Origin: a virus
IMG/VR virus record: IMGVR_UViG_3300012005_000004
Location: 16,370-80,369 of that record
Reading direction: 5' to 3' (one strand)
DNA: 64,000 nucleotides
A program made the translations under genes and the position numbers. The notes under the pieces are model-generated. The model was not told the origin of the DNA. It saw only the letters and a list, made by a program, of their open reading frames with translations, and made no database searches. The number at the start of each line of letters is the position of its first letter. Within the stretch, counting starts at the first letter, position 1. Below are positions 1 to 9,706 of the stretch, piece after piece.

Positions 1-156
1 ATGCGTATCGACATGAATGAAGTTACAAAGCGAATCCTTGATGAAAGTACCAAGTCAAAGATCATGTTCGCCGGTAGCGGTAAGATATACAAAGATGGAG
101 TTTGCATCGTCTTTAAGAATAAGACGGTGGTAACAGTATCAGTTAAGGACAAATGA
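1..156 (+). CDS. hypothetical protein, probably truncated at window edge
   Basis: Open frame from base 1 to TGA at 154-156, overlapping the next ATG (ATGA coupling). Confidence 0.55.
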   Translation: MRIDMNEVTKRILDESTKSKIMFAGSGKIYKDGVCIVFKNKTVVTVSVKDK

Positions 157-1010
157 AACATATTCGATTCGCCAGTGACATTCACCTGGACTTTGACATC
201 GCAGCCTGGCACAAGGGGTTGCGAAGAAGTCACGGAGTGATGTGTGACATGGACATGCTCTGGTATCCAGAGCCGATGGAAGGCGATGACGAAACGACGC
301 TAGTGATTCCTGGAGACCTCTGGGTAGAGCGCAGGTTCTTGAGCCAAAAGCATCCCGCCACAAAGAAAAGCTGGATGCAAGAGCTGTCAGGACGCTTTAA
401 GTACGTTGTGTTTGTGCTTGGTAATCATGATTATTGGGGTCAAAACCTAAGCAAAGAACCAGGACGAATCAAATCGGTCATCAATGATGACAAGCTGACG
501 AATGTGTTCTTTCTAGAAAATCTGTCGATCGTTCTCGACCAGGTTAAGTTTCTCGGTGGAACGCTCTGGACAGACTTTGCTAGGCAAGATCCTCTATTGA
601 TGTTCAATGCACCAAACGTAATGAATGACTACAAGTACATTCGAAATGGCGCAAGCTTTGGGAGGTTGCACCCAAGAGACTTGCTTGCCGCTCACCTGAA
701 GACACGATCATTCATCAGTAACAATTGCGTCAAGGATGATCCAGCACAGCGTATCATGGTGGTAACTCACATGGCTCCATCATACATGTCTTATGCTAAA
801 GCTCCATTTAGCTCTAAGTACCAACCGTACTACGCTTCGGACCTATCGGACATGATCTTAGATGATTGCCAAGACGCCGAGTGGTGGCTTCATGGTCATA
901 TTCATGATCCTGCCGATTACATGATCGGAAACACCAGAGTAATGTGTAATCCACGAGGTTACTCCAGACAACAAATTAAGTGGGACCCTTTGATGAGGAT
1001 AGATCTATGA
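153..1010 (+). CDS. calcineurin-like metallophosphoesterase
   Basis: Motifs SDIH, GD, GNHD, THMAP, HGHIH, CNPRGY. Confidence 0.92.
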   Translation: MKHIRFASDIHLDFDIAAWHKGLRRSHGVMCDMDMLWYPEPMEGDDETTLVIPGDLWVERRFLSQKHPATKKSWMQELSGRFKYVVFVLGNHDYWGQNLSKEPGRIKSVINDDKLTNVFFLENLSIVLDQVKFLGGTLWTDFARQDPLLMFNAPNVMNDYKYIRNGASFGRLHPRDLLAAHLKTRSFISNNCVKDDPAQRIMVVTHMAPSYMSYAKAPFSSKYQPYYASDLSDMILDDCQDAEWWLHGHIHDPADYMIGNTRVMCNPRGYSRQQIKWDPLMRIDL

Positions 1011-1390
1011 GCACTACATTCGATAAGTTTATGGTTAAAGACCAATATGGTTCACCGCAGTATCGCTTGAATGAAAGACTGGCAACGGCTCAAGGAGTCA
1101 CCGATGAACAGCTGACGAAGCTTCGTGACTTGCACCAGCAAAAGCTTATGCTGTTTGAGCAGATGGAGCTTCTTGATCCAACTACTGAACCTGGACGGCT
1201 TAAGTCACTAGCTTTCGCGGTGGAACAGATTGAATTCGACCTGCAAGCAAATTGGAACTTTCCTCAAGATCCAAACTTTCACGAATGGTATCTGGTTCCT
1301 CATTGTAAGTGTCCGACTCTAGACAACCGCGATCGAAAGGGGACACAGTTCAAGGTCATTTCAACATTCTGTCCGATTCACGGAAAATAA
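1007..1390 (+). CDS. hypothetical phage protein with C-terminal Cys/His cluster (CKCP...CPIH)
   Basis: ATG at 1007 overlaps the upstream stop; putative Zn ligands. Confidence 0.7.
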   Translation: MSTTFDKFMVKDQYGSPQYRLNERLATAQGVTDEQLTKLRDLHQQKLMLFEQMELLDPTTEPGRLKSLAFAVEQIEFDLQANWNFPQDPNFHEWYLVPHCKCPTLDNRDRKGTQFKVISTFCPIHGK

Positions 1391-1391
1391 G

Positions 1392-1652
1392 ATGAAAATA
1401 AGATTTAGCACAATTGTGGTGTTTGTGCTTGCTGGTGTTGTTATTTTCTTAGCATGTTCTCTCTTAGCGATTTCAATCTCTATGGCATTCCATACGATCT
1501 TCACGAAGAGATCATCACCTGAGTGTAGGAATGAAATTGTTGTGTCGATCGTCAAGGCTGAGTATCGAACAGTGACGGTCAAAACGGAGTCAGGTAAGTT
1601 ATTGCGGTTAGACCAACCAACCGTTAAACCAGGAGATAAGATCTGCGTATGA
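1392..1652 (+). CDS. hypothetical membrane protein
   Basis: N-terminal hydrophobic helix; tight operon packing. Confidence 0.6.
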   Translation: MKIRFSTIVVFVLAGVVIFLACSLLAISISMAFHTIFTKRSSPECRNEIVVSIVKAEYRTVTVKTESGKLLRLDQPTVKPGDKICV

Positions 1653-1879
1653 TAGTTTATGGTTTCTTCTACAATAGCTGCATCTTTGAGAGCGCCCCAG
1701 GGCTCCAGTCCTTGCACTTAACGAAGGCTGGAGCGTATAAGGCTATGAGAGCTGATATGATCAAGGTGGCGATGGAAGACCGTGAAAATTCTCCGTATAA
1801 GTCTAAAGGTTGGACTAAAGAAAAACCAATCGATTGGCGTTCTTGGTCCATAAAGAAACTAGAGGTTCAAGATGAGTGA
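1649..1879 (+). CDS. hypothetical protein
   Basis: Overlapping start/stop with neighbours. Confidence 0.6.
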   Translation: MIVYGFFYNSCIFESAPGLQSLHLTKAGAYKAMRADMIKVAMEDRENSPYKSKGWTKEKPIDWRSWSIKKLEVQDE

Positions 1880-2123
1880 TATTCATAGACGTTCAGATGA
1901 GACTATAAGAAAAGATTCATTTTGGAACATAGCTGAACAAAACAATCGGTGTGAATATGCAGTTTGTGTCAACATCCCAGGTTTTCCAGATGCAGAAATT
2001 TTAGATGCTTATGAAGCTTGGCTAAATGAACAAAGCATAAAATACTATTTCTATTACTTCTTTATCTTTTTTAAGAATGAAGAAGACGCTATAGCATTTA
2101 ATTTACGTTGGGTATTAAGATGA
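1872..2123 (+). CDS. hypothetical protein
   Basis: C-terminal F-x-N-E-E-D-A-x-x-F-x-L-R-W motif typical of small jumbo-phage proteins. Confidence 0.65.
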   Translation: MSDIHRRSDETIRKDSFWNIAEQNNRCEYAVCVNIPGFPDAEILDAYEAWLNEQSIKYYFYYFFIFFKNEEDAIAFNLRWVLR

Positions 2124-2428
2124 AAATGAAAAGATCTAATTTTGATGTAGTTATGCGTGCGCTATCAGAATATGTTCCAGTCACACTAGGTGGTAGAGTT
2201 TATCGGCTTATCAAGGCAGGTGACCCAATAGTCGCAGTGTCTGGTGTTTTTGAATCAGATCACGACGTACTCTGCCACGTTCTTCAAATGTTCAAAAATG
2301 AAAGCAAGGCTTATGCAGAAATAACTCTTCCGGCAGATCTCACCGTTAATAACTTGATCGAGCTCGCAGATTCTTTAACCGAAGAAGATATAATTAATTG
2401 TATCTTCAGCCATGCTGGTCGAATCTAA
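2120..2428 (+). CDS. hypothetical protein
   Basis: ATGA coupling with upstream gene. Confidence 0.6.
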   Translation: MKMKRSNFDVVMRALSEYVPVTLGGRVYRLIKAGDPIVAVSGVFESDHDVLCHVLQMFKNESKAYAEITLPADLTVNNLIELADSLTEEDIINCIFSHAGRI

Positions 2429-2697
2429 TGACAGCGTACCAAGACAACTGGGAAAAGATCTTTGGAAAGAAGAAGGTAAAGCCGAAGATCATTCAACCGT
2501 TGCGATCTACCGTCGCATACTGGGATCCTGATAAGCCAGACATTGTCTCGGCTCTAAGCTCAAATGTTGACTCTTTAGATAAAGAATCTTTGATCTCCTT
2601 AGTTCGAGAGCTTGATCGACGATTCATCCAGCTTTGGGATAAGGTCTCATTTGAGCAAGAACATGGTCTTCTTGACTATGAAAAGCTGGTGAAATAA
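2428..2697 (+). CDS. hypothetical protein
   Basis: TAATG coupling; YQDNWEKIFGKK N-terminus. Confidence 0.6.
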   Translation: MTAYQDNWEKIFGKKKVKPKIIQPLRSTVAYWDPDKPDIVSALSSNVDSLDKESLISLVRELDRRFIQLWDKVSFEQEHGLLDYEKLVK

Positions 2698-2700
2698 TTG

Positions 2701-2729
2701 TGTACTTGTTGAGTTCATTGAGTTATAAT
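2701..2729 (+). promoter_or_regulatory. sigma70-like early promoter
   Basis: TGTACT-N17-TATAAT upstream of the Ter/TelA cluster. Confidence 0.7.
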
Positions 2730-2765
2730 GCTTTGTGTTAGTCCATCTAAACGGAGCGTAATAAA

Positions 2766-3794
2766 ATGAAATCAACAATGTCGTACTTTTCGACCAGCTT
2801 CATCTTCACATTGGTCGCCCTAGTATTTTGTTACTTTGTCGCGGGCATCGAAGGAGCCTTCTTGGCTGGAGTTCTAGGGATCTTAGAGACCAGCCTATCG
2901 ATGGACAACGCCGTCGTAAATTCCACGGTCCTTCGCGACATGGACCAAGTATGGAGGAAGCGTTTCCTGACTTGGGGTATGGTTATCGCCGTGTTTGGAA
3001 TGCGACTCGTGTTCCCAGTCTTGATCGTCTGGGCTACCAGCACGCTAGGCCTTGTAGAATCTGCTGTACTTCCCTTTAAAAACCCACACCTCTATGAAAC
3101 TACGCTGACGGCCGCTCATGTAAGCATCGCGGGCTTCGGTGGAACGTTCTTGCTGATGGTCTTCCTGAAGTTCTTCATCGATGATTCAAAGGAGGAACAC
3201 TGGGTACCATTCGTAGAAAGCGTCATGGTCAAGGCTGGACGTATCGAAGCAGTACAGATCATCTTGGCTCTTGCGGTGGCTGCTGTAGTTACGCTGCTGC
3301 TGCCTGCCATCGATAAGATGCAGTTTATTCAATCGGCCGTGTGGGGCATCATCGCTTACCTAGTAGTTGACGGCATCGGCGCGATCTTTGAGTCCGATGA
3401 AACTGAAGGATCAGTCGCCGCATCTGTCGCTAAGGCTGGGATCGCCTCATTCCTTTACCTCGAGATGGTTGACGCATCCTTCAGCTTTGACGGCGTAATC
3501 GGAGCGTTTGCGGTTACCAACAATGTTATCTTGATCGCGCTTGGCCTCGGGATCGGCGCCATGTTTGTCCGGTCGTTGACCTTGTTGATGGTAGACAAGA
3601 ATACTCTCGGAACCTTCCGTTACCTGGAACATGGAGCCTTCTGGTCGATCGGAGTTCTTGCCATCTGTATGTTCCTCGGCATCGTCGTTGACATCCCAGA
3701 GGTTGTCACGGGATTGTCGGCCGCGGTTATCTTGGGACTTGCTCTCGGACACTCCGTATATGCAAACCGTAAAGAGCTGGCGTTGGCCTCTTAG
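2766..3794 (+). CDS. DUF475 / TerC-related integral membrane protein
   Basis: LETSLSMDNAVVN, VFGMRLVFP, LYLEMVDASFSFDGVIGAFA, YLEHGAFW motifs; multiple TM helices. Confidence 0.9.
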   Translation: MKSTMSYFSTSFIFTLVALVFCYFVAGIEGAFLAGVLGILETSLSMDNAVVNSTVLRDMDQVWRKRFLTWGMVIAVFGMRLVFPVLIVWATSTLGLVESAVLPFKNPHLYETTLTAAHVSIAGFGGTFLLMVFLKFFIDDSKEEHWVPFVESVMVKAGRIEAVQIILALAVAAVVTLLLPAIDKMQFIQSAVWGIIAYLVVDGIGAIFESDETEGSVAASVAKAGIASFLYLEMVDASFSFDGVIGAFAVTNNVILIALGLGIGAMFVRSLTLLMVDKNTLGTFRYLEHGAFWSIGVLAICMFLGIVVDIPEVVTGLSAAVILGLALGHSVYANRKELALAS

Positions 3795-3802
3795 AGATAA
3801 AA

Positions 3803-4063
3803 ATGATACTACCTAAAGATCTTCTTGATCAAATATCGTATTATGAGTATAACACTCAACGGGTGAATCGATTCGCGACGAACACACTCACACAATCAAA
3901 ATTTATATTACATTTTAAGCAATGGTGGAAACCAAGTAAAACTATCTTCATCAATTGGTTACAGCGAACAACTCAAGACGGTGATTTATTGATTTTCGAA
4001 GAACCAGATGAAAGTAGAGAACTTAGAGATCAACTACACTTATACATTCAAGATAGAAACTAG
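3803..4063 (+). CDS. hypothetical protein
   Basis: ORF in operon context. Confidence 0.5.
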   Translation: MILPKDLLDQISYYEYNTQRVNRFATNTLTQSKFILHFKQWWKPSKTIFINWLQRTTQDGDLLIFEEPDESRELRDQLHLYIQDRN

Positions 4064-4088
4064 TTTCATAACTGTTAAGGAATAGATC

Positions 4089-5354
4089 ATGCAACCAACC
4101 CGTCTAGGTGGAGCTCCAAACCTTCAAGCTCAACCAGCATCACCGCCTGCTGCTGTAGTTGAATCGATGATGCCAGACTTTTTGACGCCAAAGACAGAAC
4201 AATCGGTTATGGTAGCACCAACGATGAGCACATCGATCACATTACCACCAAACTTCCCGGTCACCTTCCCTGAGCAAAAGATGCGGCAGATAGAAGGAGA
4301 TGTCAAGAAGTTTGACTTTGACAAGATCTCGATGCGAGACATTGCCATGATCGGAACCGAGGTCGAGCAGGAGCTTCACAAGACACTTGGTGTCTTCCTA
4401 GCGAAGATCAACCAGGGTGACCAACCAAAGCTGTTCAAGCTTGTTGAAAAGCTCAAGGATGAGGTCGACAAGGAGAACCTTGGTGAGCTTGCTGATAAGA
4501 TTCTCAACGCCCAGCCTGGCATGATCGATAAGCTCAAGGGGATGTTCAGCGCAAAGTCGCTATCAAAGGCGTCCAACAATGCGTTCGAGAACGTTCGGCT
4601 GCTGGCCGCAGGCAAGACCAAGACGCTGACCGAGGTTATCGCCAAGATGGAGCAGGAACTCGCGGTTGAGATGAACCGGCTCGAAGGAGAGGTTAAGAAC
4701 ATGGAGGCGCTTAAGAACGCGTACGTCGATCGCTTCATGGACTATGCCTACTTGACGGTTTACATGATCGGCATCCATGAAAAAGCTCAACAGTACGTTG
4801 CTGCAGTTGAAGCGCAAGGCCAAGTCGATCCTACTTTCCTCAATGACCTTCGGGCTAAGTTTCAAGCTCTGGAAAGCCGTGCATTGACCGTTGAAGGCAT
4901 GATGACGAAGCTGCCTAGTGACCAGCTCGCGATACGTCAGATCCAGAACGCCGGTGTCCAAACGCTCATGGAAACTGCGACGACATCATCGACCAGGTTT
5001 GCTTCGATCAAGATGACGCTGATTAAGATCAACGGTGCGTTGATCGTTCAAGGTGTTCAACGGTTGAGCGCTCAAGGAAAAGCTCTTGATGAAACGCTGC
5101 AAACCGTCGATCGCAAGCTGATGAATGAAGTTGTCACCGTCGCCGCAAACGCTCCTGGAGATAATCGATTGGCTCAAGCCCAACAGCTCCAACAGGTCAT
5201 CGCTGACACCAAAGCGCTCCAGGTGATCGTCGAGCAAGCACGGGTGAAGAACTCCGCACAGTTCCAGCAGGCCCGCGAGATCTTCTCTCAAGCCCGAGCT
5301 GATATGCAGCAGCTTGGAACTACCATCCGCCCAGACCAACCGCTTGGATATTAA
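4089..5354 (+). CDS. TelA/KlaA-like toxic anion resistance protein
   Basis: Long helical coiled-coil, AIRQIQN motif, Ter-cluster context. Confidence 0.7.
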   Translation: MQPTRLGGAPNLQAQPASPPAAVVESMMPDFLTPKTEQSVMVAPTMSTSITLPPNFPVTFPEQKMRQIEGDVKKFDFDKISMRDIAMIGTEVEQELHKTLGVFLAKINQGDQPKLFKLVEKLKDEVDKENLGELADKILNAQPGMIDKLKGMFSAKSLSKASNNAFENVRLLAAGKTKTLTEVIAKMEQELAVEMNRLEGEVKNMEALKNAYVDRFMDYAYLTVYMIGIHEKAQQYVAAVEAQGQVDPTFLNDLRAKFQALESRALTVEGMMTKLPSDQLAIRQIQNAGVQTLMETATTSSTRFASIKMTLIKINGALIVQGVQRLSAQGKALDETLQTVDRKLMNEVVTVAANAPGDNRLAQAQQLQQVIADTKALQVIVEQARVKNSAQFQQAREIFSQARADMQQLGTTIRPDQPLGY

Positions 5355-5356
5355 AG

Positions 5357-5542
5357 ATGACGAAGGAAGAAGTTAAAAAACATCTTGAGAATAATGAAAC
5401 ATTGGGTGGCGGTTCATGGGTATTTTCTAAAAACTGTATGAACTGCGGAGATGGCTGCTGTTATCAAGAATTTAGCGGCGTAGAAGAAGCTCTTGAAAAC
5501 ATAGGATGGTACGTTGATCTTGATGAATTAGAAGTTGTTTGA
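5357..5542 (+). CDS. small Cys-rich hypothetical protein
   Basis: CMNCGDGCC. Confidence 0.55.
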   Translation: MTKEEVKKHLENNETLGGGSWVFSKNCMNCGDGCCYQEFSGVEEALENIGWYVDLDELEVV

Positions 5543-5563
5543 TCACATAATTTAGGAAAAACT

Positions 5564-5833
5564 ATGACTTCAGAAGATATCTATCGAGCAGCTCTTATCG
5601 AGCTCGCAGATGAAGGAAATGAGAAAGCGAAATTTGCTCTCGGTATGGGATCTAGAGTTAGCGAAAACTCTAGAGAGATTCGTCCAAATGTTTCTACTGC
5701 TCTACAAAAAGCATCTGGTGAATTGACCAGAGCGCTAAGGTTGAATGGAGATGAGTGGACTAAAGAAACCGACAGAGCTGTTTCTGCTGCCCACGCCTAC
5801 TTAATGGAAGCGATGTCTCAATTAGCTAGATAG
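5564..5833 (+). CDS. hypothetical protein
   Basis: SD AGGA upstream. Confidence 0.6.
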   Translation: MTSEDIYRAALIELADEGNEKAKFALGMGSRVSENSREIRPNVSTALQKASGELTRALRLNGDEWTKETDRAVSAAHAYLMEAMSQLAR

Positions 5834-5839
5834 AGAAAC

Positions 5840-6793
5840 ATGAACGAACTCGCGGTCATCACGACTTACTACAACCCAGTTCGCTATCAAACGCGTCGCA
5901 AGAACTATGACGTTTTTATGGCGGGTATGAAGAAAGCTGGAGTGACTTGCATCACAGTCGAATGTGCGTTCGGAGATGAACCGTTTGAGCTAGAAGAATC
6001 TCCAGCTGTTATCCAGCTTCGATCTAAAACCTTGGTTTGGCAAAAAGAGAGGTTGATTAACATCGCCGCGTCCTACGTTCCAGATCATTTTAAGTATATC
6101 GCTTGGATCGATTGTGACGTCGTATTCATGAATAACAGCTGGGTAAAAGATACAATAAAGGTTCTCAAGAAGCACCAGGTGGCCCAGCTCTTCAAAACTT
6201 GTATGAGGTTGGATAAGCATGGCGACCGCACAAATGACATCTCTGAGTCCTTCGCCTCGGTGATGAGCGATCATCCAGAATATCTCAACTATGAACGGTA
6301 TGACAAGCATGGTCACACCGGTTACGCTTGGGCGATGCGCCGGGAGATCTTTGATAAGGTTGGATTATATGAAGCTGCGATCTCAGGCAGCGCAGATCAC
6401 TTCATGGCTCATGCCATCTATGATGATTACAACTTTTGCATTCAAAATGCTCTCAAGCATGATGAATTTCAGATCTCACATTTAAAGGAGTGGGGAAAGA
6501 GATTCTATGAGATAGTTAAAGGATCGCTAGGATGTGTACAAGGAGAGATCGAGCACCTTTGGCATGGAGATGCGGTTGATCGGCGGTACTTCCTCCGTAT
6601 GCATGAGATTACAGAGCTTGGATTTAATCCGTGGACAGACATAGTTTCACTTCCAGGAAAGCCTCTTGATTGGAGTCCTGGAATGAATAAACTGGGGCTA
6701 GTAAAGTACTTCGATAATTACTTTAGGGGCCGTCGAGAAGATGGAGCTAAAGAACCAGTGAGTCACCATTGTGGAGAAACTTGTGTCGTATAA
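5840..6793 (+). CDS. GT-A fold glycosyltransferase-like protein
   Basis: AWIDCDV DxD motif, WQKERLIN, GYAWA, HLWHG. Confidence 0.7.
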   Translation: MNELAVITTYYNPVRYQTRRKNYDVFMAGMKKAGVTCITVECAFGDEPFELEESPAVIQLRSKTLVWQKERLINIAASYVPDHFKYIAWIDCDVVFMNNSWVKDTIKVLKKHQVAQLFKTCMRLDKHGDRTNDISESFASVMSDHPEYLNYERYDKHGHTGYAWAMRREIFDKVGLYEAAISGSADHFMAHAIYDDYNFCIQNALKHDEFQISHLKEWGKRFYEIVKGSLGCVQGEIEHLWHGDAVDRRYFLRMHEITELGFNPWTDIVSLPGKPLDWSPGMNKLGLVKYFDNYFRGRREDGAKEPVSHHCGETCVV

Positions 6794-7595
6794 TATTCCA
6801 GAAGCACGGGCTAGCCTAGATAAGAAGTTAGATGATGTTAACGCTAACTTATCAACATTAAACTATAAGCAACGAGATAATTTCAACTCTCGCATAGCTT
6901 ACATCAGCGAAGAAGCTAAAAGGATGCTTCCTGACTTTTCGAAGAACACAGAGAGCTATCTTGCTGAAGTAGCTCCAGATTTTGTGACTGAGAAAGTACA
7001 TAAAATCTTCAAGTCGAATAGAAAGTTGCTTGGTGTTTTCAAGCGACGAAATTCTGATAACGCTCTATGGGGGCTTCACATCTCATTGAAGAGTTACCTT
7101 AATAGCTGTAAGTGGAGAGAGTTGCGTCACATGGATGACTCTATAGAGATTGTCCAGAATGAAATCAATTCTCTCAACCAGGAGCGTGTAACTCTGATCA
7201 AGACTATCAATTCACTCAGAGATTTATCAGCGTCTGGTAAAAAACCCAGCCCACGTTTGAGGCTTGCTTTAACTAAATCCTCACAAAATAATATTACTCC
7301 ATCATCAAAAGCTAGGTTGAAGAGAATCCAAGAAGAACCATCTTACCAACCTGATTATCAAGAGAATGATGATTTAGATCTGTTAAAGCTGCTCATCATT
7401 GAACAACAGATGTTCGGCCAGACAGGCACCATCGATTCGGTACACGGCGGTGGCGGAACGTTTGATGGAGGTGGAGCGTCTGGCAACTGGGACAGCGGAC
7501 CGATGACCAATCCAGGATGTAACATTGACCTCATCAGCGCGGTGGTTGGAGCTGGTGTGATCGCAACAGATGATTCATTGGGGACGTTCTCTTAG
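6771..7595 (+). CDS. hypothetical coiled-coil protein with Gly-rich GGGGTFDGGGASGNW tail
   Basis: GTG start overlapping upstream gene. Confidence 0.6.
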   Translation: MEKLVSYNIPEARASLDKKLDDVNANLSTLNYKQRDNFNSRIAYISEEAKRMLPDFSKNTESYLAEVAPDFVTEKVHKIFKSNRKLLGVFKRRNSDNALWGLHISLKSYLNSCKWRELRHMDDSIEIVQNEINSLNQERVTLIKTINSLRDLSASGKKPSPRLRLALTKSSQNNITPSSKARLKRIQEEPSYQPDYQENDDLDLLKLLIIEQQMFGQTGTIDSVHGGGGTFDGGGASGNWDSGPMTNPGCNIDLISAVVGAGVIATDDSLGTFS

Positions 7596-7653
7596 TTGTT
7601 TACACAAGGTGTGAAATGGTATAAGATGCATCTACTCACTAAGGAGAACTTGC

Positions 7654-8010
7654 ATGGATCCATTTGAAGCCACTTTGAACGAGCTACGTAATTACTTGAA
7701 ATCGCTTATGATCTCAAGTGAGCCGGTAACTAAGTTTGAGTACGGTGGTGACACCCCAGGATTTGAATTGATAACTCACTTCAAAGCGCTCTTACTTGGT
7801 GAAGATTCAGATTCTGCAGAAGTAATCTTTAAGATTCAAAAATTCTTTTCGGCACCAGATGTCTCTGTGAAATCAAATCCATCAGGTGAATTCATGATCG
7901 ATTTGCGGTGGTCAACTCAGCCACCAAACATGGATGCATTGTTAAACTTCGGCGTGGTAAATGATGGGCCATTTGCTGGTAATTTGTATTTCTCAATGTC
8001 ACGTGGTTAA
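7654..8010 (+). CDS. hypothetical protein
   Basis: Strong SD (AAGGAG), promoter-like element upstream. Confidence 0.7.
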   Translation: MDPFEATLNELRNYLKSLMISSEPVTKFEYGGDTPGFELITHFKALLLGEDSDSAEVIFKIQKFFSAPDVSVKSNPSGEFMIDLRWSTQPPNMDALLNFGVVNDGPFAGNLYFSMSRG

Positions 8011-8034
8011 CGTAGTTCAACTTAGGAGTTAATT

Positions 8035-8673
8035 ATGAGTGCTCTCACTCTCAATCTGTCAAAACCTGGCGACGTCGCCCAAAAGCTGCAACTGAACCTC
8101 AAGAAGTCTGAAGCCTTCAAGGTCAAGCTTGCTTGGGAAGGCAACACCGACCTGGACCTGCACGCCCTGTTCTGCATCAATGACGGCTCCGGCGGAAAGA
8201 TCAGCCAGCTCGAAGATATCCTTTCCACATACAACGTCAAGCGGCGCCTCGGCGGCCAAGAAGCCGGCACACTGACCAAAAATCCCGATGGCACCTTCGC
8301 AATTCACGGTGGAGCCCTCATTCACAGCGCCGACGTAGACAATGGCGACTCATCCGAAGATGAAGATGAATGGATCCGTGTCGATCCTTCCAAGATGACG
8401 ATCCCGCCCGGATCAGCCATCGAGATTCCAATCATCGCGATGATTCATCCTCAGTCTTCCGGCCGGAACTTCAGCGGCGTTCAGAATGCCAAGGTGTCCG
8501 TGGAAGATGCCAACGGGACCGTCCTCATGTCGGCGAACCTCTCAGCCCAGTTCGGTCAGTTCGTCGGTGTGCAGATGGGTTCGATCATGATTGAAGACAC
8601 CGGAACGAGCTTCGCTCAGGTTGGCGTCGGCTTCAACGAGGACTTCAACGGCGTCCTGGGCCACTTCTCCTGA
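8035..8673 (+). CDS. TerD/TerA-like stress protein
   Basis: LNLSK N-terminus, VKLAW...DLDLHAL, LIHSAD, EDEWIRVD, NFSGVQNA. Confidence 0.8.
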   Translation: MSALTLNLSKPGDVAQKLQLNLKKSEAFKVKLAWEGNTDLDLHALFCINDGSGGKISQLEDILSTYNVKRRLGGQEAGTLTKNPDGTFAIHGGALIHSADVDNGDSSEDEDEWIRVDPSKMTIPPGSAIEIPIIAMIHPQSSGRNFSGVQNAKVSVEDANGTVLMSANLSAQFGQFVGVQMGSIMIEDTGTSFAQVGVGFNEDFNGVLGHFS

Positions 8674-8674
8674 G

Positions 8675-9697
8675 ATGAAACCGACCATCATCGGCGAGAA
8701 GAAAGTAGAGGTCACCAAGGTGTTTAAGCCAACTGTGATCTCTACTCAAAGCTCGCCGGTGGAGACTCCTCCCATGAAACCGACATCATTTAAGCCGACT
8801 ACCATTCCTCAATCGGAGACAAAGCCGAATGATCCAGAGGAACCAAAGGCTTCATTTAAGCCGACCTCGTGGGAATCAAAGGTTCCTCCTCCAGAGGTAA
8901 AGCCAGTTCATCAGCCGATCGGACCTTCAAAGCTTCCTGGACAAGAGCGCCACACGTTGGATGTTTCATTTGATGAGGTCAAGAAGAAATTCATAGCCTA
9001 CGATGATGATATCATCCAAGCAACACGAGATACGCTTTGTGGTGTTATCATCGAGTCAATGGATACACAAGCCACCATGATGTTCGGCGTCAAGGTTCAA
9101 CAAAGCTACAGCATCATCGTTGACAAGTGGCTCAAGGTCCTTGAAGGCGATCAGGTTAGAACCACAGGTCGGCACGTTCAGCGATTGAAGGAAGTTCTTC
9201 AAACCGTCGCTGATTCTTTGACCGCAGGACAACCATGGTTTCGTCGTGAAACTATCCAGGGACGCTTTGATAAGGTAAAACCAGAGATAGAACAGCTTAG
9301 ACAGCTCCTTCGTACTGGTGAACAACAGCTCTCAGTGGCAAATCGAGAGCTGACCGAGTTGAAGCTGTCTACTCAGCGCTTGATTAAGGAAGCGACAGGT
9401 TACATGCTCGCGTGCGAGTACATCATACCTAAGCTTCCAGAAGACAAGGGACGTCTCTTGAATGATCGTGGTATGTCTTTGACTAAGACGATCAGCTTGC
9501 TTCAAACTCAAGCGATGAAGCTAGATCAAGATGAACAGAACATAACAGCGCTATTAACTAATATCCAGGATGGTGTGCTTATTGCCCTTCCTGCACTTTT
9601 ATCAACCGTAGCAACGGCCGTTCAAGATGAGAAGAATGACACACAGCGGTTCGTCGTTCGTGATCAATTGATGGACGTCATCCGTAAGTTAACTTAA
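8675..9697 (+). CDS. second TelA-like coiled-coil protein with N-terminal (F/M)KPT repeats
   Basis: Likely ATG at 8675 just after the TerD stop; helical C-terminal two thirds. Confidence 0.55.
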   Translation: MKPTIIGEKKVEVTKVFKPTVISTQSSPVETPPMKPTSFKPTTIPQSETKPNDPEEPKASFKPTSWESKVPPPEVKPVHQPIGPSKLPGQERHTLDVSFDEVKKKFIAYDDDIIQATRDTLCGVIIESMDTQATMMFGVKVQQSYSIIVDKWLKVLEGDQVRTTGRHVQRLKEVLQTVADSLTAGQPWFRRETIQGRFDKVKPEIEQLRQLLRTGEQQLSVANRELTELKLSTQRLIKEATGYMLACEYIIPKLPEDKGRLLNDRGMSLTKTISLLQTQAMKLDQDEQNITALLTNIQDGVLIALPALLSTVATAVQDEKNDTQRFVVRDQLMDVIRKLT

Positions 9698-9706
9698 GGA
9701 AATCAA